Origin: Tubulanus polymorphus
Taxonomy: Eukaryota; Animalia; Nemertea
DNA length: 64,000 bases
Assembly (NCBI RefSeq): GCF_964204645.1
Contig: NC_134028.1
Location: forward strand, 19,537,653 to 19,601,652
Direction of reading: 5' to 3'
A program made the position numbers and the translations under genes. Shown in pieces: positions 1 to 13,487 of this stretch (the stretch's first letter is position 1; every line of letters begins with the position of its first letter). The notes below the pieces were generated by a model. That model searched no databases, was not told the origin of the DNA, and saw only the letters and a list, made by a program, of their open reading frames with translations.

Positions 1-83
1 GGAATTCTGACTCTGAATTCCTGGATCCGGTCCCAGAAGCGGCAATTGCTTCTGGGGTCGTTCCTGTCGCAAGCAATTGTGGG

Positions 84-1211
84 TTGCCCCAGACGATGGG
101 GGCTTCCCTGGCTCGCAATGTATCTCCGTCCCGTTCAGTTTTATCCGAACCAGCGGGGGACATGCCATTTAGAGCAATGATAAGTGAGTTCTTTGTCAAG
201 CACGGGGCAACTCGCGCTAAGCCCACAGCAGCTCCTCTGGTCGGTGAGTCAATGGAAGCTTATCGCCCTCTTAACGTTTTACGGGAATCGTCAGCGGTTT
301 CGAGAGAATGGGCTCGATTGGATACGCAATTATGGGGTGAATGTCGGCCTGGAACATTTTCATTTCCCCCTCCAGAACGGGGTATGAAATCTGGGAAATG
401 TTTTAGTTCAACCGATCCACCTATAGGCGCATTTCGCTCGGCGTATTACGCAACTCCAGGTGCTGTGGATCACAGTCATAACTGCCTGGATGCTGATTAT
501 ACTTTGATCAGCCCGGATACTGTTACAGCACAGTCGGGTATTCGTTTGCCTAAGTCCTGTTTGGTGGCCATGACGTCAATCCTGGACAATCTTACCAGGG
601 TTGGTTCGTTTCAAGATATGGCACTTAAGGTGTTGACGGGTGAGCTTCGCGAGACTCACGCCGCCGTTCATGCGGGCTCCGACCCAGAGTCAGTTGCCCT
701 AAAACTGGAGGGAATGGACCGGATTATCCAATCTTTGGCTCGGTCTGTTTCGCATGTAATTCCGTTGTCGGTTCGGGGTCAGGCTAATCTGGTGTTAGCC
801 TCCCGTCAGTCAGTGATGGACTCCAGTTCCAAAACTCGTCTACCGTATATGGTGTCCAATGCTTTGCTGAGAGCCCCATTGGGGACGTCTTCACGTCTCT
901 TCTCCGGTTGGTGCGCTCCGGTTTCCGCAGAGCTGAGGAAGATTCGGGAGGTTCAGGCCAAGTCCAACCCCCGGACTCCGTGGAAAAAGCGTTCTGGTCC
1001 GACGCCGGCGGCGCAAGGTTCGGCACGGACGCAAATAGGACCATCTCAAACTTCAGCGCTTTCTCAGGCGGCTTCGGATGCCGGTTGGAGAACTAGCGCG
1101 CAACTTCAACAATCGTGTCAAGCCTCGTCCGGTCGTAACAGTTCCGGTTCGTATCGAGGCATGGGGAAGGCTCCAAAAAGGGGCTCTTCCTTTCGGAAAA
1201 ACTCGAAATGA
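84..1211 (+). CDS. DIRS ORF1 (gag-like), 5' part probably outside window
   Basis: 375-aa ORF directly upstream of RT, with a basic Ser/Gly-rich C-terminus. Assigned by position. Confidence 0.7.
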   Translation: MPQTMGASLARNVSPSRSVLSEPAGDMPFRAMISEFFVKHGATRAKPTAAPLVGESMEAYRPLNVLRESSAVSREWARLDTQLWGECRPGTFSFPPPERGMKSGKCFSSTDPPIGAFRSAYYATPGAVDHSHNCLDADYTLISPDTVTAQSGIRLPKSCLVAMTSILDNLTRVGSFQDMALKVLTGELRETHAAVHAGSDPESVALKLEGMDRIIQSLARSVSHVIPLSVRGQANLVLASRQSVMDSSSKTRLPYMVSNALLRAPLGTSSRLFSGWCAPVSAELRKIREVQAKSNPRTPWKKRSGPTPAAQGSARTQIGPSQTSALSQAASDAGWRTSAQLQQSCQASSGRNSSGSYRGMGKAPKRGSSFRKNSK

Positions 1212-3248
1212 ATTCTTGGGACCAGTGGGAGGTTGTCTGCAGCAGGCAGCAACCCACTGGTCCGACCTCTTTGGAGACGGTTGGCCCTCCCGGGTCGTCT
1301 CTCGTGGCTACCGTCTCCGTTTCCTAAGGCGACCGCGCCTGATGAGGTCACCACCCGACATGCGGCCAAAACCAGGTCAGGAGCCCTTAATCTCTCCGGC
1401 TCTCAAGGAACTGGCAGAGAAGGGAGCGATAGAACCAGTTTGCAACGAAACTTCTCCCGGCTGGTTTTCTCGAATATTCATGGTACCAAAGGCCACAGGG
1501 GGTCAACGGACAGTAATAGATCTGTCATCCCTCAATCGGCACCTAGACATTCCAAGGTTCCGGATGACCAAGCCCAAGGACGTGATTCAAGGGCTCCGTC
1601 CGGGTCAATGGGCGGCTTCATTGGACCTGAAAGATGCTTACTTTCAGGTTCCAATTCACCCAAGATCTCGGCGATTTCTCAGGATAAAGTGGAAAGGCCG
1701 CCAGTTCCAATTCAGGTCTCTTCCATTTGGCCTCAGTACGGCCCCGTGGGTTTTCACCAAGTTGGTCAATTCAGTTCAGAAGGTACTTCAGTCAAGGGGT
1801 GTTCGACTGTTCGTTTACCTCGACGACTGGTTAATAGTCGCGAATTCGGCTCAGGAATGTCGGGAGGCAATGACCTCAGTCTTGGACTTAGTCCATCAGC
1901 TAGGGTTCCGCGTAAACAGGGAAAAATCTCAGTTGACGCCGGCCCAACAGTTCACTTATCTGGGCATGGACTTCGATCTCCGAATCGGCAAAGTCTTTCC
2001 GTCTATGGTTCGAGTAGCCAAACTTCAAGAAGCTGTAGCGGGAGTGTCCACAACCCCGAGAACAGCTCGTTACTGGTCACGGCTTCTAGGCTCCATCAGC
2101 TCCATGGGTCTGGTGGTGCCCTTAGGCCGCCTCAGAAGCAGGCGCTTGCAACAATATTGGAAGGGCTTCTGGTCTCAGTCGAAGGGCAACTGGGGGGCCT
2201 TGATTCCCGTACCTCCAACCGATCTAAGTCCGGATCTTCAGTGGTGGGCGGCAACTACGAATCTTCGGCTCGGGGTGTCACTAGCCCTGTTAGAGGCTCC
2301 AGTTCGTGTATTCACGGATGCCAGTCACCAAGGATGGAGGGCACATCTGGAGAACCGAGTCAAAGCCGGGAGATGGTCTCGCTACGAGGCCGCCAACCAC
2401 ATAAATTTCCTAGAAATGCTGGCCGTGTGGAAGGCCCTGAAGTTCTTTCACAGGAGAGTGGAGGGCCACCACGTTTGGTTAGCCACAGACAATTCAACAG
2501 TGAGGGCTTACCTTCAGAACCAAGGGGGCACTCACTCAGAAACCCACACAGGTATGTCGGCCAAAATTCTTCTTTGGTGCCAGACAAAGGGCGTGTCCCT
2601 GACTGTGGCACATTTAGCAGGGAAAAGGAACGTGATGGCCGATGCTCTGTCTCGTCGAGGTCAGGCTATTGCGACAGAATGGGTTCTCCACCAAGAAGTA
2701 GCCGATCGGGTTCGGGGCATTTTTGGCAATCCGCTGCTGGATCTGTTTGCCACCCGGTTCAATCGGAGGTGTCCTCTGTTTGTGTCCCCGTTTCCAGATC
2801 CGGAAGCGTGGGGGTCGATGCCTTCTCTCTGGACTGGTCGGGGATGCATGCGTATGCGTTCCCGCCCACACCAGTCCTGCCGCGCTTACTTGATCAAATA
2901 GAGAGATCAGTCAAATGCAACATAGTTCTGGTAGCACCATGTTGGCCGGCTCAGAAATGGTTCCTACCACTTCTCAGCCTACTGTGCGACAACCCCAGGA
3001 TTCTTCCGAATTTCCCATCGCTTCTGTCTCAGGGGAACTTTCGGCATCATCCAAACAGCCAGTGGTTAAATCTGCTCGCCTGGCCATTGTCCAGCGATCC
3101 TTGTCAGCTTCAGGCTTTTCAGAACAGGCTGCCTCCTTTATCGCAGGATCTAAGCGGCCATCAACAAGTACCATTTACGATGCCAAATGGAGTCATTTTG
3201 CGGATTGGTGTGCTGCAGGGGAAATTGATCCATGCTCACCCTCTGTAG
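1208..3248 (+). CDS. DIRS pol: reverse transcriptase, RNase H and Dam-like methyltransferase (frameshift ~2812)
   Basis: RT motifs LDLKDAYFQVP, LPFGLSTAP, YLDDWL. RNase H motifs FTDAS, HINFLEM, TDN, NVMADALSR. MTase LDLFAT...DAFSLDW...YAFPP continues in the 1233..3248 frame. Confidence 0.92.
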
Positions 3249-4160
3249 CTCAATTGGCAGATTTTTTACTGCACCTATTTGTAGTAAAAGGTTTGCAGGT
3301 CATAACTATTAAAGGTTACCGCTCCGCGATTTCTCATACATTGCGTGCGTCTGGATGGCCAAATGTAGCAGGGGATCATTGGATATCCCAGCTGGTTGCA
3401 GGGTTTTCTATTTCCCGGCCTCGGGTAACAAGGACAGTTCCACCGTTGGATCTGTCTGTAATTTTGAAGAAGTTAATGGAGGCTCCATTTGAACCTCTTT
3501 CGGCAGCGTCATTTGCAAATTTGTCAAAAAAGACTGTATTTTTGCTGTTCTTGGCTTGCTCGGCCCGTCGCTCTGAGATTCATACGCTTTCAGTCCGACA
3601 AGGTCATATTGTCTTTGGGCCAGGGAATGAATTTGTTTTCCCTGCGGCCTGCTTTGGAATTTTTGGCAAAGAACCAACGACCAGGCTCGGTTGGGCGTCA
3701 ATGGCGAATTGAAGGCCTAAAACATCGAGTGGAACCGGGCATCCCGGACAGGACTTTATGTCCTGTGCGGGCGTTGTGTTTCTATTTAGATCGCTCTGCT
3801 TCACGGAGGGGTTCACGGGAGCGGTTATTTATTCCGCTGCTGGATCACCTAAAGGGGGATATTTCGCGGGACACAGTGGCCCGATGGGTCTCTTCACTGA
3901 TCAAGGACATTTTATTGAAGGAGAACCTTTCCTCGGAGGGAGTGGTTTCTCATCAAGTGAGGTCTATAGCTACTTCCTGCACAGCCTTTTCGGGTGCTCC
4001 GTTGGAGGAAGTCTGTCGGGCCGCCTTTTGGAATTCACCGTCGACATTCACGTCATTTTATTTACGGGATGTTTCAGGCCAGTTAGGCTCATTAGCTTCA
4101 CTTGGTCCTGTTGTCATGGCTCAAGGTGTCCGTTCTTTCCGATCGGACCCTTTAGTGTAG
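2915..4160 (+). CDS. DIRS tyrosine recombinase (frameshift ~3640)
   Basis: SARRSEIH (catalytic R), LCPVRAL, HQVRS (HxxR) and FYLRD (catalytic Y), split over ORFs 2915..3712 and 3489..4160. Confidence 0.9.
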
Positions 4161-4419
4161 AATATTTATGTTGCATTATCAGGATCACAGGAGGTATATC
4201 CTTGTACATAGTTTGGGCTCATATCTGCAAGTATTAATTTCGCAAAATTCTGGGGGGCCCCTGAGCTGGACGGACTCACTGTGGCCAACCGGTCTTCCCT
4301 GTGCTACAGTGCTCCATTCCGTGCTTGGGTAAGTGCTCTCTTTTTCCCTCTTACCTTGCGTTTGAGCGGTGGTTTTTCTATCTACCTTTCCCACCATCCT
4401 TGTGCTAGGCTAGTCTAGC

Positions 4420-4735
4420 AAAAACCATAGGAAAGGGTACAGTACTCGTCGGAAATATTACAATTTTTGGAACTAAAATTTGTACTTCCGAGTAGTACTT
4501 ACCCTTTCCTATGGTGGGAATCCCGCCCACCTGCCCCGCATAGCTGTTTTTTTGGTCTGCTATGACGTAAAAAGATGGCGGATTTCGCCGGTGGCTAAAT
4601 GCAATACCGCAGGGCCGGGTCGTATAGAAAAACCATTGGCGATAAATCCAAATTTAGAAAATATTGGCAAAAACCATAGGAAAGGGTAAGTACTACTCGG
4701 AAATACAAATTTTAGTTCCAAAAATTGTAATTTTT
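4420..4735. repeat. DIRS ICR and right terminal repeat
   Basis: aaaaaccataggaaagggta at ~4420 and ~4670. ~4455-4515 is the reverse complement of ~4675-4735. Confidence 0.85.
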
Positions 4736-4800
4736 CCACAATTTGTTACACCAGAAATTAACATATTATGAGGCTCAAATATAAATAATTCCTTATTCAT
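4731..4800 (-). pseudogene. A32/FtsK-like packaging ATPase, N-terminus, cut by DIRS insertion
   Basis: Reverse strand reads MNKELFIFEPHNMLISGVTNCGK (Walker A GxxxxGK) and then DIRS sequence. Confidence 0.8.
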
Positions 4801-5938
4801 TTATATATTTTTAATTTTACTTGATAATATCCATTCATTGAATTTATCTGGCCATCCAACCCATTTTACTAAAGAATATTTTTTTTCTTTTAACAGTTTT
4901 TGTTTTTAATACTCTTTCAATTTTATATTCTTGTCCTAGATTTTCAGTAGTTAAACTCAATTCTTCTTCATAAAAATACCCATCAACTTCTTCACCATTT
5001 AAATCTTCTAATTTATAGACATATGGTTTATTAACCATAAATGTTATAACCTTTTTTATTTTATATATTTCCCTAGTAAAATTTCGATCGTATCCCTTGT
5101 CAAATATCTTTTTATATTTAGAAATTCTAACATTTTGACCAACTTTAAATTTAGGTTCACCAAAATCATCTACAAGAAATGCTCCATATAAATTATTCCA
5201 AACAATTTCAGCATTTTCAGGTTTTCTAGCATCAATAGGTTTCATTCCAATAGAAGAATGATAAGAATTATTATATCCTTCTATCAATTTTGGTAAAACA
5301 TCAATCCATTTAAAAGTATTATTTGCTGTAAAATATTTCTACATTCTTGTTCTCAATGTTCTATTAAATCGTTCAACAACTGCTGCTTTTTTATCCGATT
5401 TTGTTGAAAAATATTTAATATTATGAAAACCTAAGAGTCCATGAACCAATGAATTATCAAATTCTTTTCCATCATCAAATTGTATTTTTTCTGGTTTTAG
5501 TTTATCATCTGAAAGAAATTTTCTTAAAACATTTGATGTTTGTACAGCATCTTTTCTATAAAGTGGGAAGCTCCATACATAACGACTAAAAATATCAATT
5601 ATATTCAATATCCACCAATAATCATCATTATCTTTCTTAACATTTTTCATTTCAATTAAATCTCCTTGCCACTGTTGATCTACATAACTTACCATAGTTT
5701 TACGAGTCTTATATTTTCTAACAATTTTTTTATGTGTTGTATATGTTGGTTCTTCTAACATAAATTCATTTATATCTTTATATTTAACTAAATTTTGTGG
5801 GATTATCTTATCTAATTTATCTTGTTTTACTTGACGCCATATTTTTTTGGTAGAAGAATAAGCAACCGAACTCTCAGGGTTGTAATATAAATTTCTTAAA
5901 TATTGTTCTTTAGTATTAGGAGTTTTTTTACCACCCAT
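4801..5938 (-). pseudogene. Polinton retroviral-like (rve) integrase with C-terminal chromodomain
   Basis: WQGDL, IDIFSRY, QFDDGKEF, VERFNRTL, YNNSYHSSIGMKP, FKVGQNVRI, then YKIERVL...KW.GW. Internal stop at ~5339 and frameshift near 4880. Confidence 0.93.
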
Positions 5939-5968
5939 TTATATATCGTTAATTTAAACTTTACATTT

Positions 5969-7219
5969 CTAATATTGAATACTATCTAATTTTGAATTTA
6001 CAATATTTAATTGTGCGTCAGATATAATATGAATATGCATTTTGAAATTTAAGCTTCCTTTTTTCTTTTTCATGAATAATTGTATTCCATCTTTAGTGTT
6101 CTGTAGTTTTTTCCCAGAACCATGTAGTGAATTATCCTCTGTTGTTCTAAAATCTAACCATAATGCATATTTATTGCCGGTATAATAATCAATTTGATTA
6201 ATATTACAATTTTCAAATGATTTTACTTTTTCATTCATAAAATGTTTTCTAATTTCTGGCCATTGATCTATCATTCTCATTCCTTGACAAAATATTTTAT
6301 TTGCTATTCCTTCGATAGTTATTTCTACTTTTGTTATTTCAGGATTATAATAATTATCTACCTTTATTGCGCCATTAGTATATGTTGCAATGGTAAAAAA
6401 TATTAATATACCTTTAATAGATCTTCGTGGGAAGTTAATATTCTCATTAATTATTTCATCATTTGCATTAATAGTTACAGTTTTAAATTTATCAATATAA
6501 TCATATAGTAATGAAAATCCATGATTGTATTGAGTTTGAATTGTATTAGCAACATTTTCATTAGTTACTGTATTATATTCTAAACATATATTCGATAATT
6601 TATAACCCATATCTTTAACAACGTTAGATAATACAATTTCATTTACAGGAGCAAGTGTTATCTCAAATATGATATCTTCTTGAATTGCATATTTATATAA
6701 AGGTGCATTATTATTTATCAATTCAAAGTCTAATGGAATTTTATATTTGCTTCCATAAATCTTTTTAATCAAATTATCTACCTCATCAGCTACTACTGCA
6801 TTATTGGCTTCAGATCTTAATTTATTTTGGTTTTCCGATTGAATGCCTTGAAATACCATATTATTTCTATTTTATTTAGTTAACCATAAATCTTTATAAT
6901 GCGTAAATAAATTATAATCATCTAATGAGAAAACTGTTTCTGGTCCAATCTTTATAGTTAATTTTTTAATCAAATATCACCCAACATTAACAACAACATA
7001 ATTATTATTATTATTGCCGGTTACTTTTATATCGGCTGATAAATAAATACTATTTGGAACATAAAAAGTATTTTGTGTTAATCGAGGAATTCTAACATAT
7101 AAAGTTTCATCAGGATTAATATTAGAAGGGTTATGAGTAATTATATGATGTGATCTTTCTGCTTTAATAGCATTAGATATTCTAGAATTCTTAGAAGGAT
7201 TTATATAACTCCCACTCAT
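5969..7219 (-). pseudogene. Polinton major capsid protein (double jelly-roll type), frameshift ~6977
   Basis: ORFs 6977..7219 and 5969..6859 join to ~415 aa (ITHNPS...YALWLDFRT...DAQLNI). Resembles Polinton MCPs from memory; near-identical paralog at 61131-62378. Confidence 0.75.
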
Positions 7220-7239
7220 TTATTTAACAAAAAAATTAA

Positions 7240-8694
7240 TTATTTATTTTTTATTATGTTTACTTGATATCTTTTGATATCATATTCACTAACCCAAAAA
7301 TAATAGCACTTACAACTGTAATTAAAATAAAATAATATGTTCAGCAGCAAAGTTAAGAATATTCCTAGCAGATTTCAATATAAAACCAACAATTGATGCA
7401 ATAACTCCGGGTAATGCTGCAGCAGATTTTTTAGATAGTTCCCATAAATATTTTGCTAATTTCTTTAAACCACCCTTAACTTTATCTTTTATAGAATTAT
7501 TATCATTCGGGGGTTTATCCGGTTTATTGGGAGTAGGAGTAGATTTCAGTGAATTTGATATAGCTAAACCAATTGTTGTGAATACCATAGTTACAGATGT
7601 TATAATTGAAAGAATTGTTATACCTTCTAACTTAAATAATAATCTTATTCTATCTTTTAATTATATTTCAGAATTTGGTTTTATTAGATATCTTTTAAAA
7701 ACATCTTTTAACCTTTTAAAATTATTACCATATTCTTTTAATAATTTATCTCTTTCTTTTTCCTGTAATTCTTTGTTATATTTTAAATCATCTATTTCTT
7801 TTTCTAAACGTAATTCCTTTTGCCTATATTCTATTTCATCATTTACATGATGATCAAGATCAGACTTTAATTGTTCTGATTCTTTTCTTGATTTAAATAA
7901 ATCATCTTCTAAAGTTCCAATTTTTAAATCTCTTATACTTTTATCATGCGCAATTTTATCAGATGCAAGTCTTATACCAATAATTTCTCTAATTGCTTCA
8001 TCAGAAAATATATTTAAATCTGCTAATTCTTGATTTCTTGCATCAAGTAATCCATTTGGTAAAAGTTTTTCAATTGGTGCTTTATTTGATATAAGTTTAC
8101 CAGAAGTTGTTTCTGTTTCTAAATTATCATTGATTGTATCAAATAATTCATTAATTCTTTGTTTAAATACTTTTTTATAGGGTTTTATTTCTTCTTGTGT
8201 TACATTTTCTATTTCATTATTAATACTAATTTTTCAATTCTATCTGGTTCTAATTTTTCCAAGGTTGATTCTGTTAATATTTTGTTTTGATTTTTATAAG
8301 AGATATCAATATAATAATCTTTTTCCAAACGATAATAATAATCACCATCTAAATATTGTAATTCTTGTACTAAAAGTCTAGCGCCTCTATCATTTATATT
8401 ATATCCAGATTTTTTAAATATAGGTTTGAATTTATACATTTGGTCTATATAATCTAAATCTTGTCTTACTAAATATGGATCTTCATTTTCAGGATTTATT
8501 CTCGATTTAGTTCTTCTATCAAATTCACCTGTTGATATGGTTTTAGAACTACTATCTGTTAAATTAGAATTATATGCTGATTCATCATCATTATCAATAT
8601 TAGTTTCTGCATCATTATAATCATCATCAATATATCCTTCATTATTATTTCCCATTTCTCCCATTTCATAATCTTCTACACCTTCTACATCCAT
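7240..8694 (-). pseudogene. Polinton protein with acidic N-terminus, coiled-coil middle and C-terminal hydrophobic helices
   Basis: Fragments 8209..8694 and 7322..7588 are collinear with the paralog at 59532-61110. Confidence 0.65.
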
Positions 8695-8709
8695 TTACAT
8701 AATAAAAAA

Positions 8710-10013
8710 ATTAAAATTTGAAATATAATATTCCTCCTATAACAATTCCTATACAAGTTAAAGCTAATTTAGCATTTTCATGGGATTTATTATCATCATT
8801 TAGTTTAATTATTTAATGTTGAATATCATCAGTTTTAATATTTTCTGTAGTATTGTAATCTTTTATTTTGGAATCATTATCCAATTTAATATTTTTAGTT
8901 TTCGTTTCTGTTGATTGAATATGTTTTTTATTTTTTTCACCTTCCATTAATTTTGGAGCAGTAATTATCTTTTTATTTATATCATTTAATCCAAATAAAT
9001 TATTTATTGTTGCAGTTTTAATTAGATTATTATAACCAATTATATTTCCCATCTCTAATACTAAATCATTAGAAATAATTAATAGATTAGGGCCTATACA
9101 ATAATTTAATCTAATATGTGATTTATCTAAATAATTTTGATATCTTACAAGGTTTTCTGGAATCGATCTATTTTTATCATTATGACTAGAATCTTCAAAT
9201 AATACTTTGAATTGTTTCTGCGCATCAAATGAAGTACTATCATTTCCAACTATTGGTGATCTTGTTTCAACTTGTGCACCTAAAATACAAATTAAATAAG
9301 TTCTAATTGATTGATTTATTCTTTGTATACCAGGTTTTGTAAAACCTTCACCATTATCTATAATAAAACTATTCCAACCATCATCATTATCGATTTTATA
9401 ATTATGATAAGCTGAAATTCTATGCATATAATCAATTCTTTTTATTTCATACTCTTCACCAATACCTTGCAATTTACCATGCGCTCTAAAATCGGAATTA
9501 ATATTTATATTAAATTCATTATATATTTTATAAAACTTAGATAGATTAATATTATTATCCAATTCTTTAAAATATTTCGATCCAGGTAAAGGACATTCTA
9601 ATTCATTTAATATAATTCTAATTTGAAAGTATGCATGAAATCTAAATATTGTATGAATGAATTTTTAATCTGAATAAGACAAATTTTTTATATAAATTAT
9701 TCAAGTGATCATTCCAACTTATACCACACCCTGTTGTTGCACAATAAACAGCAAAATTTAATTGATTCTGCCAATATTTCATATTAGATTTTATTTAATA
9801 TATATTATATTCATCTCGAGTAAAAGTAACTTCATATGTATTAAATATGTTTTCCATTCTAGAAATGAAAAACTTTGTTTCAGTAACATAAATTTCTAAA
9901 TTAATTAATGAAGGTAAAACTACATTTTTATATGTTATAATACCATTAAAATCTATAGGTGGAATTAAATATCTATATGATTTATTATATTGGAAAGCTT
10001 TTGGAAACCCCAT
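8710..10013 (-). pseudogene. Conserved Polinton hypothetical protein with a C-terminal transmembrane segment
   Basis: Fragments 9795..10013, NFAVYCATTGCG, FRFHAYFQIR, 8813..9562, ending CIGIVIGGILYFKF. Confidence 0.55.
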
Positions 10014-11467
10014 TTATATAATTAAAAAATTTATAATTTATTAATTCTTTTAATAATTTATCTTGTTCTTCAACTGTTATATGGCCATTTAAACTTATTA
10101 TAAAATCTAGTGTATTCTTCAATTTATTAATTTCTTTTATATTAGTTTTAATTTTTTCTTTATTACTTTTTATATTTAATTTTGAACTTATACCGGTTAA
10201 AACACTTGAACTTAAACCTAGCACACCAATTGATATAGCTTAAGGTGTTAATGGTGAGAATATTGCTAGAAATGTTATTACAGAACTAATTGTAACTGAA
10301 CCACTAATAATAAGATAATATACTAATTTTACTTTTTAAATATTTTTTCTTTTTTATCTTTAAGTCACTTTCAAATTCTAATATTTGTTTTTCTAAATAT
10401 ATTTTTAATTTAGTTTTATTTATATCATGAGGAATAATATCAATATTATCAACTTTATCATCCATTTATTTAACAAAAAAATTACTAATAAGTAAATTTA
10501 TATGCAACAAATATAACAATAACTGTTCCACCTAAAATCCAAATTATTTCATATTTCTGTTGTTCTTTACTTGGAGTATAATAATCTAATAATTTAGGTT
10601 TGTATAGATGTAATTTTTCTTTATTGGTTACCGCGTTATATAAACTCATTGCATCATCAACTGATTGAAAATCTCTATGTGAAATCTTCTGATCATATAA
10701 TTCTTTGTTAATATAATCCATATAGTTTTGCCTCTTTTCTCTGTATTCTTCTGCTGCTTTATTGTATTTCTCTAATGCTAAGTTATGTCTTTTTTGTTCT
10801 TCTAATTAACTATTTTTATCTATATGCCTAAATAAATAACTACCACCAATAAATGCTGAAGCGTTAACAATTGCTGTTCCTATAATAGTTAGAATTAAAG
10901 AAGCCATTTATTTAGCAAAAAATTATGTAATTATATAGGAGTAATATATTTTTGTTTTTCCAAATAATCAATAGTTAAATTAGATAAAGTTACTGCTAAT
11001 GTTAATTTTAAGATATCATTTATATCAAATCTATCAACATTAAATAATGGTATTAAATACTTTTTTTAATACCATTGAATAACCAACAGTTCCAACTGAT
11101 AGTAATGCTCCATTATATAATCCAGTTATTATCCACTTATTATCACTCATTTATTTATCAAAAATATTACTATCTTCAAAATATTTAGTTATCTTAGTGA
11201 TGATTAATTCAACATTTATTTCATTACTAGTTTCATTTGTATATATTTCAATTATTTTTTTTAAAAATATCATCGATGATAAAATCTTCATCTAATTCAT
11301 AAAATCTTAAAGATTCTCTAATTAAATTAGTAATCTTTTTTCTACATTTAAAGTTTCTTTATCTATTGTTGTTTCATACTCAAATGTTGTTTCATTAGAA
11401 AATGCAATATTTTTAATATGTATTTTCACCATCCAAAACATATACTCGGTCCAACAGTTATATTCAT
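9985..11467 (-). pseudogene. Cluster of small hydrophobic or coiled-coil Polinton ORFs (starts 10465, 10907, 11150, 11467)
   Basis: Short ORFs, each starting at TAAATG, e.g. MASLILTIIGTAIVNASAFIGG...EEQKRHNLALEK. Several are interrupted by stops. Confidence 0.55.
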
Positions 11468-11489
11468 TTATATAATGAAAAAATTACTC

Positions 11490-12247
11490 TCTACATCTTA
11501 TAACTAATTCATATATCACAGGAAAGTTATTTAAATCAATTAAATATCCATTATGATTTCTTATTTCTAATTTAAAATTATCAAATTATGGTATACAAGG
11601 TTTAAAATCACATTCAGCTAAATTATAATTTATTTGCGTTCCAAATTGTTTAACATTTTTAATGGTAAAATATTTAATATACTAGAATTACAAATTGTAT
11701 CTTTAGTTACTTCAAATGTTTTTGTAGGATTAATAAAATTACAATAGATATAGAAATGTATGTAAGGTATTAAGTTTGATCTACCTTCTGCGCTTACTGT
11801 AACAATATCTGGGTTAATTCCTTTATTAACAGTTTAGCTAAAGGTTTTCTTACTGTAAATTTAAATTGTTCTTCATGAGCTAACCTAATCTTTATTTTAT
11901 TAGAACTATCACTTTTTGAAAATCTAATACTAAATCCGGAATCACTTCCTAATTGAGCTCGAACTTTTCTATTAATTTCTTGTGCTAATGTATCTAAATT
12001 ATATAATCCTGGTTTTAAATATATAAAAAACCATTTATTCCTTTTTTTTGTAAAAGATTGAAAACATTAAATGTTCTAGACTTTTATTCGATATATCATG
12101 AAAAGAATTACATAAACTTATATTAACTAATTTTAAATCAACACAATTCTTAAATTCTCTATCTAATTGTATTAGTAAATTATGAGATTTATAATTTGTT
12201 AGTTTTCTTGAATCAACAAATATTCTATATTCTTTTAATTCTACCAT
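11490..12247 (-). pseudogene. Probable minor capsid (penton-like) protein, fragmented
   Basis: MVELKEYRIFVDSRK...LKLVNISLCNSF...LKPGLYN. Beta-rich and ~250 aa once frameshifts are bridged. Confidence 0.5.
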
Positions 12248-12315
12248 TATTTATAGCACAAAAAAATTACTGCTCATCACTAAAAATTAATTTTAATTAA
12301 GTTTTTCCTAAATAA

Positions 12316-13487
12316 ATGGATGAGAAGATAGGATGTGAAATTTGTGGTGAACTTCTAAGAAAAAGTAATATGGCTCGACATATGAAAAAACATGATGAAA
12401 ATTATAAACCCCCTAAAATAAACTGCCCAAAATGTAATAAATTGTTCTCAAGAAATTATGTTAAAACGCATTCAGAGAAGTGTAAAATTAATGGCGCAAC
12501 GGCTAATGTTGATAGTAACGAAAGTAATAGTAGTTCTGTTGAAGTTGAACCTGAAATTATTTGGAAAAGACCTTTCTTATTCTATGATAAGGATAATATA
12601 AAAGATCATTTCTGTGAGCCTTGTCGAATGAAATTTAGTCCTGAAAATATAGAAGCTTGGGAGAATCATCAATTTCGAAAGCACATTTAAATTTCTAATA
12701 AATTTGAAACAGAATTCAATGAAAGAAAAAATAGTCTATTAGAAAAAATAAAATATGGGAAAACGTTACCAGATAATAAAGAAACAGTCGAAAAGTTAGA
12801 AAAACAATATAATGAATTAACAAGAAAAACATATTATTGTAAATATTGTAAATTGATTATTACAACAAGTAATTCAAATCTACATAATAGAACAATAAAA
12901 CATAAAGAAAACGTAAGAAAAAACTTAATGTAGATCTATTACTATTATTCAAAAATGTCCAAAATGTATTTATGAGTACTTCAGACAAGAAGGTTCTGTG
13001 ATATTATGTAATGTATGTGGATGGGAAAAAAATTTATGGGGTGATGAAAAAACTAGAGATTTTCTCATAGAACCAAAATTAAAATATCTAGATGAAATAT
13101 TTAATATATCATACACCAGAATATAAGCAATGGCTTGAAAAAATGGAAATAATAGAAAATAAAAATGGTGAAATAACTAAAAAAGATATAATAAAAACAA
13201 TTATTCCATCAACATTTAACACTCAAGAAAAGAAAATGTATTTATATTTATTATTTAAAGATTATTATAAAAAACCTAAATTAACAGAAGAAGATATGGA
13301 AAATATAAAAGAAACATTCAAACAAATATTAAGATATTATGTGGATAATAGAATAACAAATTCAATCAATTATGAATTCTTTTTAAATAAGATTGTAAAT
13401 TATTTAAACATCGATATTATAATTCCATTTGATGAATTAACAACAAAAAGAAACAAAGAGAGCGAGATGAAATGTGGAATAATATAG
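12316..13487 (+). CDS. Polinton C2H2 zinc-finger ORF(s) and a downstream hypothetical ORF
   Basis: CEICG...MARHMKKH, CPKC...THSEKC, CEPC...HQFRKH, and a further CKYC...H unit after the stop at 12690. Confidence 0.7.

Larger units (their letters stand above)
1..4735 (+). mobile_element. DIRS1-like tyrosine-recombinase retrotransposon (left end outside window)
   Basis: Overlapping gag, RT-RNaseH-MTase and YR ORFs. An internal complementary region (~4420-4515) is the reverse complement of the right end (~4670-4735). Sharp GC-rich to AT-rich boundary at ~4735. Confidence 0.93.

Noticed and set aside
1233-2810. 671-aa overlapping ORF as a separate novel protein
   Set aside because: Long overlapping frames are normal in DIRS elements. 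Only its C-terminal part is recognisable, as the frameshifted MTase domain.
2730-3100. Dam-like methyltransferase as a sign of bacterial or phage DNA
   Set aside because: It is a known component of DIRS pol.
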